DNA from: Squalus acanthias
Lineage: Eukaryota
DNA length: 64,000 nucleotides
Assembly: GCA_030390025.1 (NCBI GenBank)
Contig: JASTWF010000193.1
Location: forward strand, 558,001 to 622,000
Reading direction: 5' to 3'
Below are positions 1-11,959 of the stretch, in pieces. The stretch's first letter is position 1. Each line of letters starts with the position of its first letter. The notes under the pieces were generated by a model that saw nothing but the letters and a program-made list of their open reading frames with translations, was not told the origin of the DNA and searched no databases. Both the position numbers and the translations under genes were made by a program.

Positions 1-1003
1 GTCCGCAAGATCTGTGTTGGGGCCTTAACTATTCACTGTATTTATTAACGACTTAGATGATGGGATAGGAAGGCACATATCCAAGTTTGTCGATGACACA
101 AAGATAGGCGGCTTTATAAGCAGTGTAGATGGAAGCATAAAATTACAAAGATAATTTAATACATTAAGTGAATGGGCATAACTGGTAAATGGATTTCAAC
201 GTAGGAAAATGTGAAGTCATTCACCTTGGAATTAAAAAGTATTGAACAGACTACTTTCTAAATGGAGAAAAGCTGGAAACAGTGGAGGTCCAAGCAGACT
301 TGGGGCCCATGGACATAGATCATCAAAATGTCATGGACAGATGCAGAAACGAAATTAAAAGACTAATGGAATGCTGGCCTTTACATGTAGATGAGTAGAA
401 TACACGGGGGTAGAAGTTGTGCTGCAGCTATACAAAGCCCTGGTTAGACCACACCTGGAGTACTGTGAGCAGTTCTGGGCACCACACCGTGGGAAGGATA
501 TATTGCCCTTGGACAAGTGCAGTGTAATTTTACCAGATTTATACCTGGATTCCAAGGGTTAAGTTACGAGGAGAGATTACACAAACTGGGGTTGTATTCC
601 ATGGAATTTAGAAGGTGAAGAGGTGATTAGATCGAAGTTTTCAAGATATTGAGGGGAACTGATAGGGTAGATAGAGATAAAGTATTTCCGCTGGTTTGGG
701 GATTCTAGTACTAGGGTGCATAAGCGTAAAATTAGAGCGAAGACTTTCAGGAGTGAAGTTAGGAAACACTTCTACAAACAAAGTATGGTAGAAGTTTTGA
801 ACTCTCTTCCGCAAAGGGCAATTGATGCGAGATCAATTGTTAATTTGAAATCTGAGATTGCTAGATTTTTGTTAGCCAAAGGTATCAAGGGATATGGAAA
901 AAATCGGGTATATCGAGTTAGATTCACAGATCAGCCATGATGTGGCGGAGCAGGTTGAAGGGACTAAATGACCTACTCCTGTTCCTCTTCCTATGTTCAT
1001 ATG
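1..1003 (+). mobile_element. CR1-type LINE, degenerate 3' part (RT C-terminus and 3' UTR)
   Basis: Decayed VPQGSVLGP/FINDLD, FxDDTK and LVRPHLEYC motifs; CR1 tail (gatcagccatga...cctactcctg). Confidence 0.9.
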
Positions 1004-1030
1004 GGGAATCATGGTTTAAATTTAGTGATG

Positions 1031-1942
1031 TTAATTTAATTTTATTAACTTAATCATCTGAGCAAATGGATATTTAATCGCATTCTTTAACGCATCTCTA
1101 AATTTAGTCTGGGCCACTGCATAAATAACCGTGTTGGTGCAGGAACTCAAACGCTGGAGCATATATCCGCTGTGTTCCATGACGGTAAAAGGATCTGCGT
1201 AATCTGTTCGGAAGAAATGAGTATCTGTAATTTGTATACATATTTCATAGAGGAAACTTACCACCCATAGCAAGATAAAACTGCCTGAAATTGCGAGCAA
1301 TAAGATGACTGATTTCCTTCGGTTCTCCATCTCTGGATCATTGTGACTCTCACCCTTCTTGCTCCCTCGGAGTCTCCTTCTGACTCTACTGGCCTGTAGA
1401 ATGATCCTGATGGTCAGAGCATTGAGCAGTACAATGAACACGAATGGAGCGAGTGGGGTTAAAATAATTTGGAGCCAGAGATAAGCCATCCAAAAAAGGA
1501 AAGGTGTAGAAGGTAGATTTTACAGCACAGAACCATTGTATGTTATCAATTATTTCACCAGCTTCACTTACAAAGTAAAGTGGAATGTTTTGTAAAAGGC
1601 TCAAACCACACACCGTTGTTATAATCACAGTCGCAGTTTTTTCGGTGCAATATTTGACTCTCAGCTTCGGGTAAGAAATGGCGATGAATCGATCAAAGGT
1701 GAAGGCGACGGTTAACCAGACAGAACAATTAGTGGCAGAAAATGCCAGGCCGAGATTGAGACAGCAGATGAGAGTATAGTCCAGGAATGAATTTGGGAAA
1801 TAAATCTCTTTAATCTGATACAGAATTACATCAAATATCAGGACCAGTAGATCTGCTGCTGCCATGGCCACCAGGTATCGAGTGATACATGTGGCGAGAC
1901 CGCACTTTCCACGGGAGAGAATCACAATTGTGAATAAATTCG
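1031..1942 (-). pseudogene. GPR139/GPR142-like class A GPCR copy 1, exon 2; 1-nt frameshift (pseudogene or assembly error)
   Basis: Acceptor ttgcag at 1943-1944. ORFs 1386..1925 and 1031..1489 join into one 7TM protein (LVAMAAADLLVL, SVWLTVAFTFDRF, SSCTNTVIY) if one base of the A6 run at 1492-1497 is removed, giving FPFWMAYLW, which matches VPIWVTFIW in the paralogue. Confidence 0.88.
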
Positions 1943-2644
1943 CTGCAATAAAAGAGGGAAAATTAAATTAATCATCATAGTCAAAACAAAATGGCCGGCA
2001 GGTAATGACAGTTTATCAAATTTCAGCACATATTTTCTACTGCTCAACTCATGCTCTCTCTCTCTGACTCTCTCTGTATTTCTATATCTGTCACTGATTC
2101 TGACCATCCCTCAGTTTTACTCACAATCTGCCTTTCTCCTGCCTCTCTCTCTATGTCTCAGTTTGTTTCTGTGACGCTCTAATCATCTCTCTCTGTCTCT
2201 GTTTCTCTTTAGCTGGGAGTTTTCTATCAGGGTATTTTAGTCCAGAATGGCTATGAGGGAGGGTTTAATGTACAGTATTAACCTGAAGTGCGCTCTTAAC
2301 ACCCAGGTCTACTCACTAGCACAGCTTGAGCTGCAAATTGGGACGGGTTTGGGAGAAGGAAAAGGGGTAGAATTCAAATACAAGGGATGGGAACATTAAA
2401 AGGGGGTGTCAGAAGAGGGGTGAGGGATTCTGAGATTCTTTGGAGAGTCTCAGAAGGCATCTCAACCCGTTATCCATCTTGGCCAAGGTGAAGGAATAGT
2501 GGACTAAGAAGAAACAGGCAACTATGTAAAGAAAGGAAGCCCGAGGTTCAGGCATAAGTTGGCAGACCGCGAGACGTGGCAATAGAGAGAAAACAGTAAA
2601 TCAATGGGTCAAGCACAGTTACCTATATTGTGTATACTTTAATT

Positions 2645-2975
2645 GATTCCCGGGCTGTGGGCATCGCTGGCATTTATTGCCCATCCCTAGTTGCCCTCAG
2701 TAACTTGCTAGACCACTTCAGAGGGCAGTGGGTGACGGTCGGAGTCATGTATAGGCCAGACGGGTAAGGACGGCAGGTTCCTTCTCTAAAGGATATTAGT
2801 GAATCAGTTGGCTCTTTATGATACCTGGTCAATTTATGAATGCTCCATTTATTTTTATTTCCAGGTATTTTTTAACTGAATTCACACATTCTCGATCAGC
2901 CATGGTGGATTTGAACTCACGATTTTTAGAACATTGGTCCATGTCTCTGGATTCTTAGTCCAGGAGCAAAACCAA
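2645..2975 (-). mobile_element. tRNA-derived SINE sharing its 3' tail with LINE family B
   Basis: B-box-like gagttcaaatcc head; tail agggcaactagggatgggcaataaatgc matches the 3' end of the LINE at 4670-7368. Confidence 0.7.
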
Positions 2976-3622
2976 AGTCCTTTGAAGTAAATGGAAAAAT
3001 AATCCAGCGAGTTTTCAAACAAGCTGTCAGCTCGCGAGCCCCGGTTTTACACCTGGCGAGCAGAGTTCAGTTTACCCTCTGTCTCTCTGACTTTCCTTTT
3101 CTCTCTCTTTTCTTTAAACTATTTTTATATTTCTGACTCTGTCGCTCTCTATTTCTCTCTCTCTCTCTCTCTCCCTGCCAGTTTCTTCTGTTCCGACTCT
3201 GTGGGTGAAATTTGTATCGGACGGTAGCGCAAAACTGGCGTTAGTGAATTGGCAGCACATTCAGACCGTGCCCGAAATACTTTACTTTTTATTTCAATGG
3301 GAAAAAAATTGTGCGCGGAGTGAAACGGGTTCGGATTCGCTATGAGCCGGTCTCGAGCTGCTGCCGAAGACCTATTCCACCCCCAGTACTGCGAGACTGT
3401 GGTGAAAGTTGTTAAAATTGTTGGTGCTGAAACTGCAGAGAAAATTGTAACTTCCCTGGGAATTTCTGTGACGTTATTGCGTTAAGGTTTCACTAGAAGG
3501 TGGTGACATTTAATTGATCTCAATACAAACAAGCCCGTGAAAACAAACAGACCACAGAATCAACTAGAGCAGTGATACAGGTAAACCCCGAGTGACATTG
3601 ACAACTGATGGTAATGACTTAC

Positions 3623-3692
3623 CAGGAACACCAAACACTGCGAGAATCGGGTAGTAAACCGCTTCAATCTGGGCAAGGATTGGTCGATCCAT
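3623..3692 (-). CDS. GPCR copy 1, exon 1 (MDRPILAQIEAVYYPILAVFGVP)
   Basis: ATG at 3692; 70 nt; G|gtaagt donor; phase 1 joins exon 2 in frame (GVP-A-NLFTIVIL); homologous to 57149-57218. Confidence 0.9.
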
Positions 3693-3769
3693 CTCTTTGA
3701 GTCACACGATGCCGGTGCTGGAGGCAGTAGCTCAGTTTGACAAGAAGATGAAGCCGCTTCAATCCAATC

Positions 3770-3836
3770 CTTTATTTATATCTCAGAGAAATCTCAAGTG
3801 AGACAATTAGGTTACACAATGACTGACATTACTTAC
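3770..3836 (-). promoter_or_regulatory. Putative core promoter of GPCR copy 1 (TATA plus TAATTGTCTCA block)
   Basis: Minus strand reads TAATTGTCTCACTTGAGA-TTTCTCTGAGA-TATAAATA about 80 bp upstream of the ATG; the block is conserved upstream of copy 2. Confidence 0.6.
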
Positions 3837-4669
3837 GGTCTTTTAAACAAACAGATCAGGCAGCTGCTTTTACTACAATGATTCTTGACTATTAGGAGGG
3901 TGGAACTCCTGATCGGAGACACTCTCTGATGACTTTAACCTATTTGCCCTACATTCCTGTGTGCACTAACTTCACAGAGGTGATAACTCATTAATACACA
4001 CAGGACTGTCAAAGTAAATTTGCCTCTTGCTTTTCCTCAAATAACTATAAATTTGGCTGACAGCGCTTGCTTTTTACAGGTTGATTTTTCTTCTCCTTAA
4101 CTAGCCCACAACTTTCAGGATTTGCTCAATATTGTCCTGTTTTCTGGTTCCAGAAGCTGTCACACGACCAATCTAATCGACCCATGTCCTCCTCTTATAT
4201 CCTTTCACTCCCTCTATCGCATTCCTTGGTGAAAATTGGGGCTGAATATTGGTTTCTGTTATATCTCTAACATTCTTTCATCCTCTAGAAGATTATTTCC
4301 TTGCTCATTTAATGAATCCTTCCCTTTATTTAACTATTATTTTGTTTTTTTAATCTGTTCCTAAGAACCTTTACTATTTACCTGCCAGTCTTCCTTCAGA
4401 CTTCTTATTACCAGTTCGAATCTTTTCTTTCCGGTCTGTTTTTTTTCAGTTTGATTTCCTCTTACATTCGAAATGTCACATGCTTTTTTAACTCTCATCT
4501 TAATTTTTATTTCAATTCTCATTCTAGGAATTCCAGCTTTTGGTGAGCTACCTTTACTTGTGGGAATATGTCTAGGCTGTAGATTTATATTCCGCTGTTT
4601 GAATGATGCCCACTGTCTCTGCATTGCCTTATTGTAAAGCTTTCATTCCACATTTTCTGGCATCCCATC

Positions 4670-7368
4670 AAACTCCTCCATCACCATCCCTGGGTATGTC
4701 CAGTCCCACCGGCAGGACAGACCCACCAGGGGTGGCGGCCCAGTGGTATACAGTCGGGAAGGAGTGACCCTGGGATTCCTCAACACTGACTCCAGACCCA
4801 ATGAAGTCTCATGGTTTCAGGTCAAGCATGGGCAAGGAAACATCCTGCTGATTTCCACCTACCGCCCTCCCACAGCTGATGAATCAGTACTCCCCCATGC
4901 TGAACACCACTTGGAAGAAGCACTGAGAGTAGCAACGGCACAGAATATACTATTGGTGTGGACTTCAATGTCCATCACCAAGAGTGGCTCGGTAGCACCA
5001 CTACTGACCGAGCTGGCAGATTCCTGAAGGATATAGCTGCCAGTCTGGGCCTGCGACAGGTGGTGAGAGAACCAGCACGAGGGAAAAACCTACTTGATCT
5101 CGTCCTCAGCAATCTACCTGTCGCAGATGCATCTGTCCATGACAGTATTGATAGCAGTGACCACCGCACAGTCATTGTGGAGACGAAGTCCCGTCTTCTC
5201 ACTGTGAACACCCTCCATGTGTGGCACTACCACCGTGATAAATGGGATATATTTAGAACAGATCTAGCAGTTCAAAACTGGCCATCCATGAGGTGCTGTG
5301 GGCCATCAACAGCAGCACAAATGTATTCCACTACAATCTGTAACCTCATGGCCTGGCAAATCTCTCACTCTACCATTAACATCAAGCCAGGGTACCAACC
5401 CTGGTTCAATAAGGAATGTAGAAGAGCATGCCAGGAGCAGCACCAGGCGTACCTAAAAAGGAGGGGCCAACCTGGGGAAGCTTCAACTAGGACTACAAGC
5501 ATGTTAAAAAGCGGAAGCAGCATGCTATAGACAGGGCTAAGCGATCCCACAATCAACGGATCAGATTAAAGCTCTGCAGTCCTGCCACATCCAGTCGTGA
5601 ATGGTGGTGGATCATTAAGCAACTAACAGGGGAGGAGGTTCCAAGAATATTCCCATCCTCAATAATGGTGGAGCCCAGGACGTGAGTGCAAAAGTCAAGT
5701 TTGAAGCGTTTGCAACCATCTTCAGCCAGAAGTGCCGAGTGGATGATCCATATCGGCCTACTCCTGAGGTCCCCATCATCACAGAAGCCAGTCTTCAGCT
5801 AATTCGATTCACTCCACGTGATATCAAGAAATAACTGAGAGCACTGCATACGGCAAAGGCTATGGGCCCCAACAACATCCCGCCTATCGTACTGAAAACT
5901 TGTGCTCCAGAACTAGGCGAGCTTTTAGCCAAGCTGTTCCAGTACAGCTACAACATTGGCATCTAGCCGAAAATGTGGAAAATGCCCAGGTATGTCCTGT
6001 CCACAAAAAGCAGGGCAAACCCAATCCGGCCAATTACCGTACGATCAGTCTACTTTTAATCATCAGCAAAGTGATGGAAGGTGTCATCGACAATAACCTG
6101 CTCACTGATGCCTTATTCGTTTCCGCCAAGACTACTCGGCTCCCGACCTCATTACAGCCTTGGTCCAAATATGGATAAAGGTGTTGAATTCCAGATGTGA
6201 GGTGAGAGTGACTGCCCTCGACATCAAGGCAGCATTTCTCCGAGTGTGGCAGGAAGGTGCCCGAGTAAAACTGAAGTCAATGGGAATCGGGGGGAAATCT
6301 CTCCATTGGCTGGAGTCATACCTACCACATGGAAGATCGTGGTGGAAGGTCAATCATCACAGCCTCAGGACATCGCTGCAGGTGTTCCGCCGGGCAGTGT
6401 CCTAGGCCCAACCATCTTCAGCTGCTTCATCAATTACCTACCGTCCAACATAATTGTCAGAAATGGAGATTTACGCTGATGACTGCACAGTGTTCAGCAC
6501 CATTCACAACTCCTCAGATAATGAAGCATTCCATGCCCGCATGCAACAAGACCTGGACGACGTTCAGGCTTGGGCTGATATGTGGCAGGTAACATTCGCG
6601 CCACAGAAGTGCCAGGCAATGACTATCTCCAACAAGCGAGAGTCGAACCACAGCCCCTTGACATTCAATGGCATTACCATCGCCGAATCCCTCACCATCA
6701 ACATCCTGGGGGTCACCATTGACCAGCAACTTAACTGGACAAGCCACATAAATACTGTGACAAGAAGAGTAGGTCAGAGGCTAGGTATTCTGCAGCGAGT
6801 GTCTCACCTCAGGACTCCCCAAAGCCTTTCCTCAATCTACAAGGCAAAAGTAAGAAGTGTGATGGAATACTCTCCACTTGCCTGGATGAGTACAGCTCCA
6901 CCAACACTCAAGAAGCTCGACACCATCCAGGACAAAGCAGCCCGCTTGATTGGCAACCCATCCACCACCTTAAACATTCACTGGCGTACCGTGGCTGCAG
7001 TGTGTACCATCTACAAGATGCACTGCAGCAACTCGCCAAGACTTCTTCGGCAGCACCTCCCAAATGCGCCTCCTCTTTCACCTAGCAGGACCAGGCCAGC
7101 AGGCACATGGGAAGACCACCAACTCCAAGTTCCGCTCCAAGTCACACACCATCTTGACATAGAAGTATATCGCCGATCCTTCATCGTCGCTGGGTCAAAA
7201 TCCTGGAAAACCTTCCCTACCTAATAGCACTGTAGGAGTACCTTCACCACGCGGACTGCAGCGGTTCAAGAAGGCGGCTCACCACCACCTTCTCAAGGGC
7301 ATTTAGGGATGGGCAACAAATGCTGGCCTTGCCAACGCCGCCCACATCCCGTAAACGAATAAAAAAAA
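4670..7368 (+). mobile_element. 5'-truncated, degenerate non-LTR retrotransposon (CR1/L2 group, family B): APE endonuclease plus RT
   Basis: TYRPP, DFNVHH, LLDLVL, SDH, NYRTISLL, GVPPGSVLGP and YADD spread over broken ORFs; ends in an A-rich tail. Confidence 0.92.
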
Positions 7369-7704
7369 GTTGACTTTTACTAATTGAAACTAACTTTGCC
7401 CAGTTTGTATCTTTATCTTTAACTGTTCTCTCTTCTTTTCAGTTTTAACATGGCATTTAACTCTATTTTGCTATACTACAGGCACAGCATGAGGTAAATC
7501 TACACTAGTATTTCTTGTAATCCTTGAACCGTGATATTTACACCGCCTTCACTTCTGTTCTCTTTGCCTCTTTCATCTCTTCTCATTCACCTGTCCTTTT
7601 CTTTCCCTTCACCTCTCTTTCACCTCTACCAGCATCTATTTCTCCTTCACTTCTATCCATCTGTCTCCCTGCTCCCTATTATTCCTCTCATTCTCGAGTT
7701 ACAA

Positions 7705-7880
7705 AGAACGAAAGACTTGCATTTATATATCGCCATTCACGACCTCAGGACGTCCCAAAAATCTTTACCTTTGAAGTGTAGTCACTGTTATAATGTAGGA
7801 AACACGGCAGCCGATTTGTGCACAGCAAGTTCCCACGAACAGCAATGAGATAATGACCAAACAATCTGTTTTAGTGATGT
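7705..7880 (-). mobile_element. Deu-type SINE, 3' fragment
   Basis: Matches the 3' part of the SINE at 54643-55111 (aaagacttgcatttatat...ggacgtccca). Confidence 0.7.
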
Positions 7881-8349
7881 ATCTGGTATCTAGGCTTAAA
7901 AATTAGGACTCAACAGCTGCTATGAAGGAAATCCTCCCTTCTATTAACGATATGTATTGATATGAACAAGTGGGTCAGTGTGTGCGTGTTGGGACAATGG
8001 GACAGAGGAGGAATATAAAAGCCCTCTCCTGTGCCATCACGTCTTGCAGCTACTACGTGTCTCCATAAGTTTACCATAGCTCCAACTTTCCTTGCAGGGT
8101 CAGCCTCCTACAGCCCACTTCTATCACTCTGGAGCTCTGTATTGAGTACTGGAGCTGGGTTTCCTTTAAAATTATTGTTTGTGTGTGCCATCGGCCCTTG
8201 CCCATTTCCTCCTTTGCATACATTCAGGCCGAGACATTCATCTCAGTTGGTGGCGCAGAATGGGCGGTAGCGGATCGGCCGCACGTTATACGCAGCGCCT
8301 GACATTCAGTTCAATTGACGTCACTGGACAGCTGGTAACTGATTGGTTG

Positions 8350-11300
8350 GTAAAGGTCACTTTGTTTTTTTCTTTTTCTTGCTCTTCAAGGGTCCGTGTT
8401 TAAATAGCTGGTTTGAGATAAAACAGAAACTTTGAGGTAGGTAACTGTTAATACTATATTTAATTAGTAACTGTTAATACTATGTTAAATTAATAACTGT
8501 AATACCATGTTATATTAATTTAAATTAGATACATCTTAGTCTTAAGTTTCTGTAAAGCTAGTTAATAGCCTATTAAATGGAGGCATGGCAGGGCAGCTCA
8601 GTCCCACAGAGTGCACTTCCAGTGTCATGTGGGAAATCCAGGATGCTTCCCGTGTCCTGGACAACCACGTGTGCAGGAGATGCCGTTAGCTGGAGGAGCT
8701 CGAGCTCCGGGTTTCGGATTTTGAACAGCAGCTGGCGTCACTCCGGTGCATCCACGAGGCTGAGAACTACGTGGATAGCACATTTCAGGAGGTCGTCATT
8801 CCGCAGCTAAGGAGTATGGGTGACTGCCAGAGAGAAAAGGAGGACCAAGACAGGTAGTGTAGGAGCCCCCTGAGTGCATCTCGCTCTCCAACCAGTATTC
8901 TGCTCAGAGTACTGGTGAGGGCATTGGTTCCTCTGGGTAGTACAGCCAGAGCCATGTCCGTAGCACCACGGGTGCCTCAGCTGTACAGAGGGTGCGGAAG
9001 AAGAGTGGGAGAGCAATAGTGGCAGGGGATTCGATAGTTAGGGGAGCAGACAGGCGTTTCTGCGGCCGCAGACGTGACTCTAGGATGGTGTGTTGCCTCC
9101 CTGGTGCTAGGGATAAGATGCCACTGAGCGGCTGCAGAACATTCTGAGGGGGGAGGATGAACAGCCAGAGGTCGTGGTCCATATTGGTACCAACGACATG
9201 GGTAGAAAGAGGGATGAGGTCCAACAGGTAGAGTATAGGAAGCTGGGAAAGAGATTAAAAAGCAGGACCTCAAAGGTAGTAATCTCCGGATTACTCCTGG
9301 TGCCAGGTGCGAGTGAGCATAGAAGTAGGAGGATAGAGCAGATGAATGTGTGGCTGGAGAGTTGGTGCATAAGGGAGGGCTTCAGATTCCTGGGGCATTG
9401 GGACCAGTTCTGTGGGAGGTGGGACCTGTGCAGGCCAGACGTGTTGCACCTCCACAAGGCCGGGACCAGCATCCTTGCGGGGAGATTTGCTAGTGCTGTT
9501 GGGGGAGGGGGGGGGGGTAAACTAATTTGGCAGGGAGATGGGCACCGGGATGTAATATTAGAAAGTGGAAATAAAGTGATCAAAGGATGGGGAGAGGCAG
9601 AGAGCACCGAAGTAAGAAATAGTAAGGTATTAGGTGGGGTCCAACTAAGAGAGAATACAGGATGGTCTGAGATGGGTTTAAAGTGTATGTATGTGAACAC
9701 GCGAAGCGTAGTAAACAAGGTAAGTGAGCTGCATGGGAATATGATGTTGTGGCAATAACTGAGACCAGGCGCAAAAATGGCAGGATTGGATATTAAATAT
9801 TTCTGCTTATAAGGTGTTCAGGAAATATAGGAAAGGAAAGATAGGAGGTGGTGTGGCAGTATTGGTCAAGGAGAATGTTACAGTGCTGGAGAGGGAGGAT
9901 GTCACGGACAGAATCTATATGTCTAGAGTTAAGAAATATTAAATGTTCCATTGCACTACTAGGTGTATTCTATACATCACCAAATAGTGGGAAGGATATG
10001 GAGGAGCAAATTTTCAGAGAAATTACAGAGAGGTGCAAGAACTATAGAGTAGTGATAATGGCGGACTTCAACTATCCTAATATAAACTGGGATCGTAATA
10101 GTCTAAAGGCAGAGAAGGGAAAGAATTTCTGAAATAACAACAGAAAATGCTGGAGACACTCAACAGGACAGGCAGCATCAGCGGAGAGAGAAGCAGAGTT
10201 AAAGTTTCAGGTCTGTGACATTTCGTCAGAATTTCTGAAGTATGTTCAGGAGAACTTTCTTGATCAGTATGTTTCTGGCCCGATGAGGGAGGAAATATTG
10301 CTGGATCTGGTTCTGGGGAATGAGGTAGGTCAAGTGGAGCAAGTGTCAGTAGGTGGACATTTAGGGAACAGTGATCATAATATCATAAGGTTTAGTTTAG
10401 CTATGGAAAACGAGAGGCAGCAAACTAGAGTAAAAATGTTTCATTGGGGGAAAGTCAATTTCAGTGGGATGAGAAAGGATCTGGCCCAGGTAAACTGGAA
10501 TCAAAGATTGGCAGACAAAACTGCAGTGGAACAATGGGCTGTCTTTAAAGAGGAAATAATTCGGGTACAGTCGAGATATATTCCCACGAAGGAGAAAGGT
10601 AGGGCAACTAAAGCCAGAGCTCCCTTGATGACGAAACAGATAGCCAATATGATGAAGCAGAAAAAGAGCAAGTATGACAGATGTCAGGTTGCAAATACAT
10701 CTGAGAATCAGGCTATATATAGAAAGGTCAGAGGAGAAGTGTAAAAGAAAATAAGAGGGGCAAAGAGAGGATATGAGAATAGAATGGCAGCCAACATAAA
10801 AGGTAATCCGAAAGTCTTCTATAGGCATATAAATAGTAAAAAGGTAGTAAGAGGAGGGGTGGGGCCGATTAGGGACCAAAAAGGAGACCTACGCATAGAG
10901 GCCGAGTGTATAGTTGAGGTGCTAAATGATTACTTTGCATCTGTCTTCACCAAGGAAGAGGATGCTGCCATAGACATTGTGAAGGAGGAGGTAGTAGAGA
11001 CATTTAATAGGATGAAAATTGATAAAGAAGAGGTATTATAAAGGCTGGCTGTGCTTAAAGTAGATAAATCACCAGGAGCAGATGGGGTGCATCCTAGGAT
11101 GCTGAAGAAATCGAGGGTGGAAATCGCAGAGGTACTGGTCATAATATTCCAACCCTCCATAGATACGGGGGTGGTGCAAGAGGACAAGGCTATTGCAAAT
11201 GTTACACCATTGTTCAAAAAAGGGTATAAAGATAAACCCAGCAACTAGAGGCCAGTCAATTTAACCGCGGTAGTGTGGCGGCTTTCAGAAACAGAAATCA

Positions 11301-11570
11301 GGGACAAAATCAAATCACTTGTATAGGGGTGGATTAATTAAGGAAAGCCAGCACGGATTTGTTAAAGGCAAATCGTATTTAACCAACTTGATCGAGTTTT
11401 TTGCTGAGGTAACAGAGATGGTTGATGAGGGTAATGTGGTTGACCTAATGTACATGGATTTCCAAAAGGCGTTCTACAAAATGCAACGTAATAGGCTTGC
11501 CAGCAAAATTGAAGCCCATGGACTGAAAGGGACAGCGGCAGCATGGATACGAAATTGGCATTACCATTGA
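8350..11570 (+). mobile_element. CR1 LINE with ORF1 (Zn finger plus SGNH esterase) and ORF2 (APE plus partial RT); degenerate, 3'-truncated
   Basis: GDSIVRG, VHIGTND and DVLHL esterase motifs; DFNYP, LLDLVL, SDH, KSPGADG and QHGFVKGKS. Confidence 0.92.
10134..10227 (-). mobile_element. Solo Penelope pseudo-LTR fragment with a hammerhead-like core, inserted in the CR1
   Basis: Reverse complement aligns to 35431-35531; flanked by duplicated agaatttctgaa (10122-10133 and 10228-10239). Confidence 0.8.
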
Positions 11571-11959
11571 GAATAAAGGTACACCAACTAATGTTACTGT
11601 AATTTGAAAAGTGACTTAATGGACTAAATGGATGTGGTTTCATCCAGAGAGAATAGAACATTGCACAGTGATGCAGGAGGGGGCGCTCCTCCAAGGTTGG
11701 AGCAGAGGAACTTTATTGAGTTGGTGGAGGGAGCTTTAATATGCATCCAACGGCATATACCTGACTCGCCCGTGCTTGTTACTAACACTGGGTATCAGAG
11801 GAGGAGCGGTTCTGAGGGGGATTGAAAGGGTGGATGCCGAGAGGCTGTTTCCCCTGGCTGGAGAGTCTAGAACTAGGGGCACAGTTCAGGAGAAGGGCGC
11901 GGCCATTTAGGGCTGAGATGAGCAGACATTTCATCAATCAGAGGCTTTTGAATCTTCTA

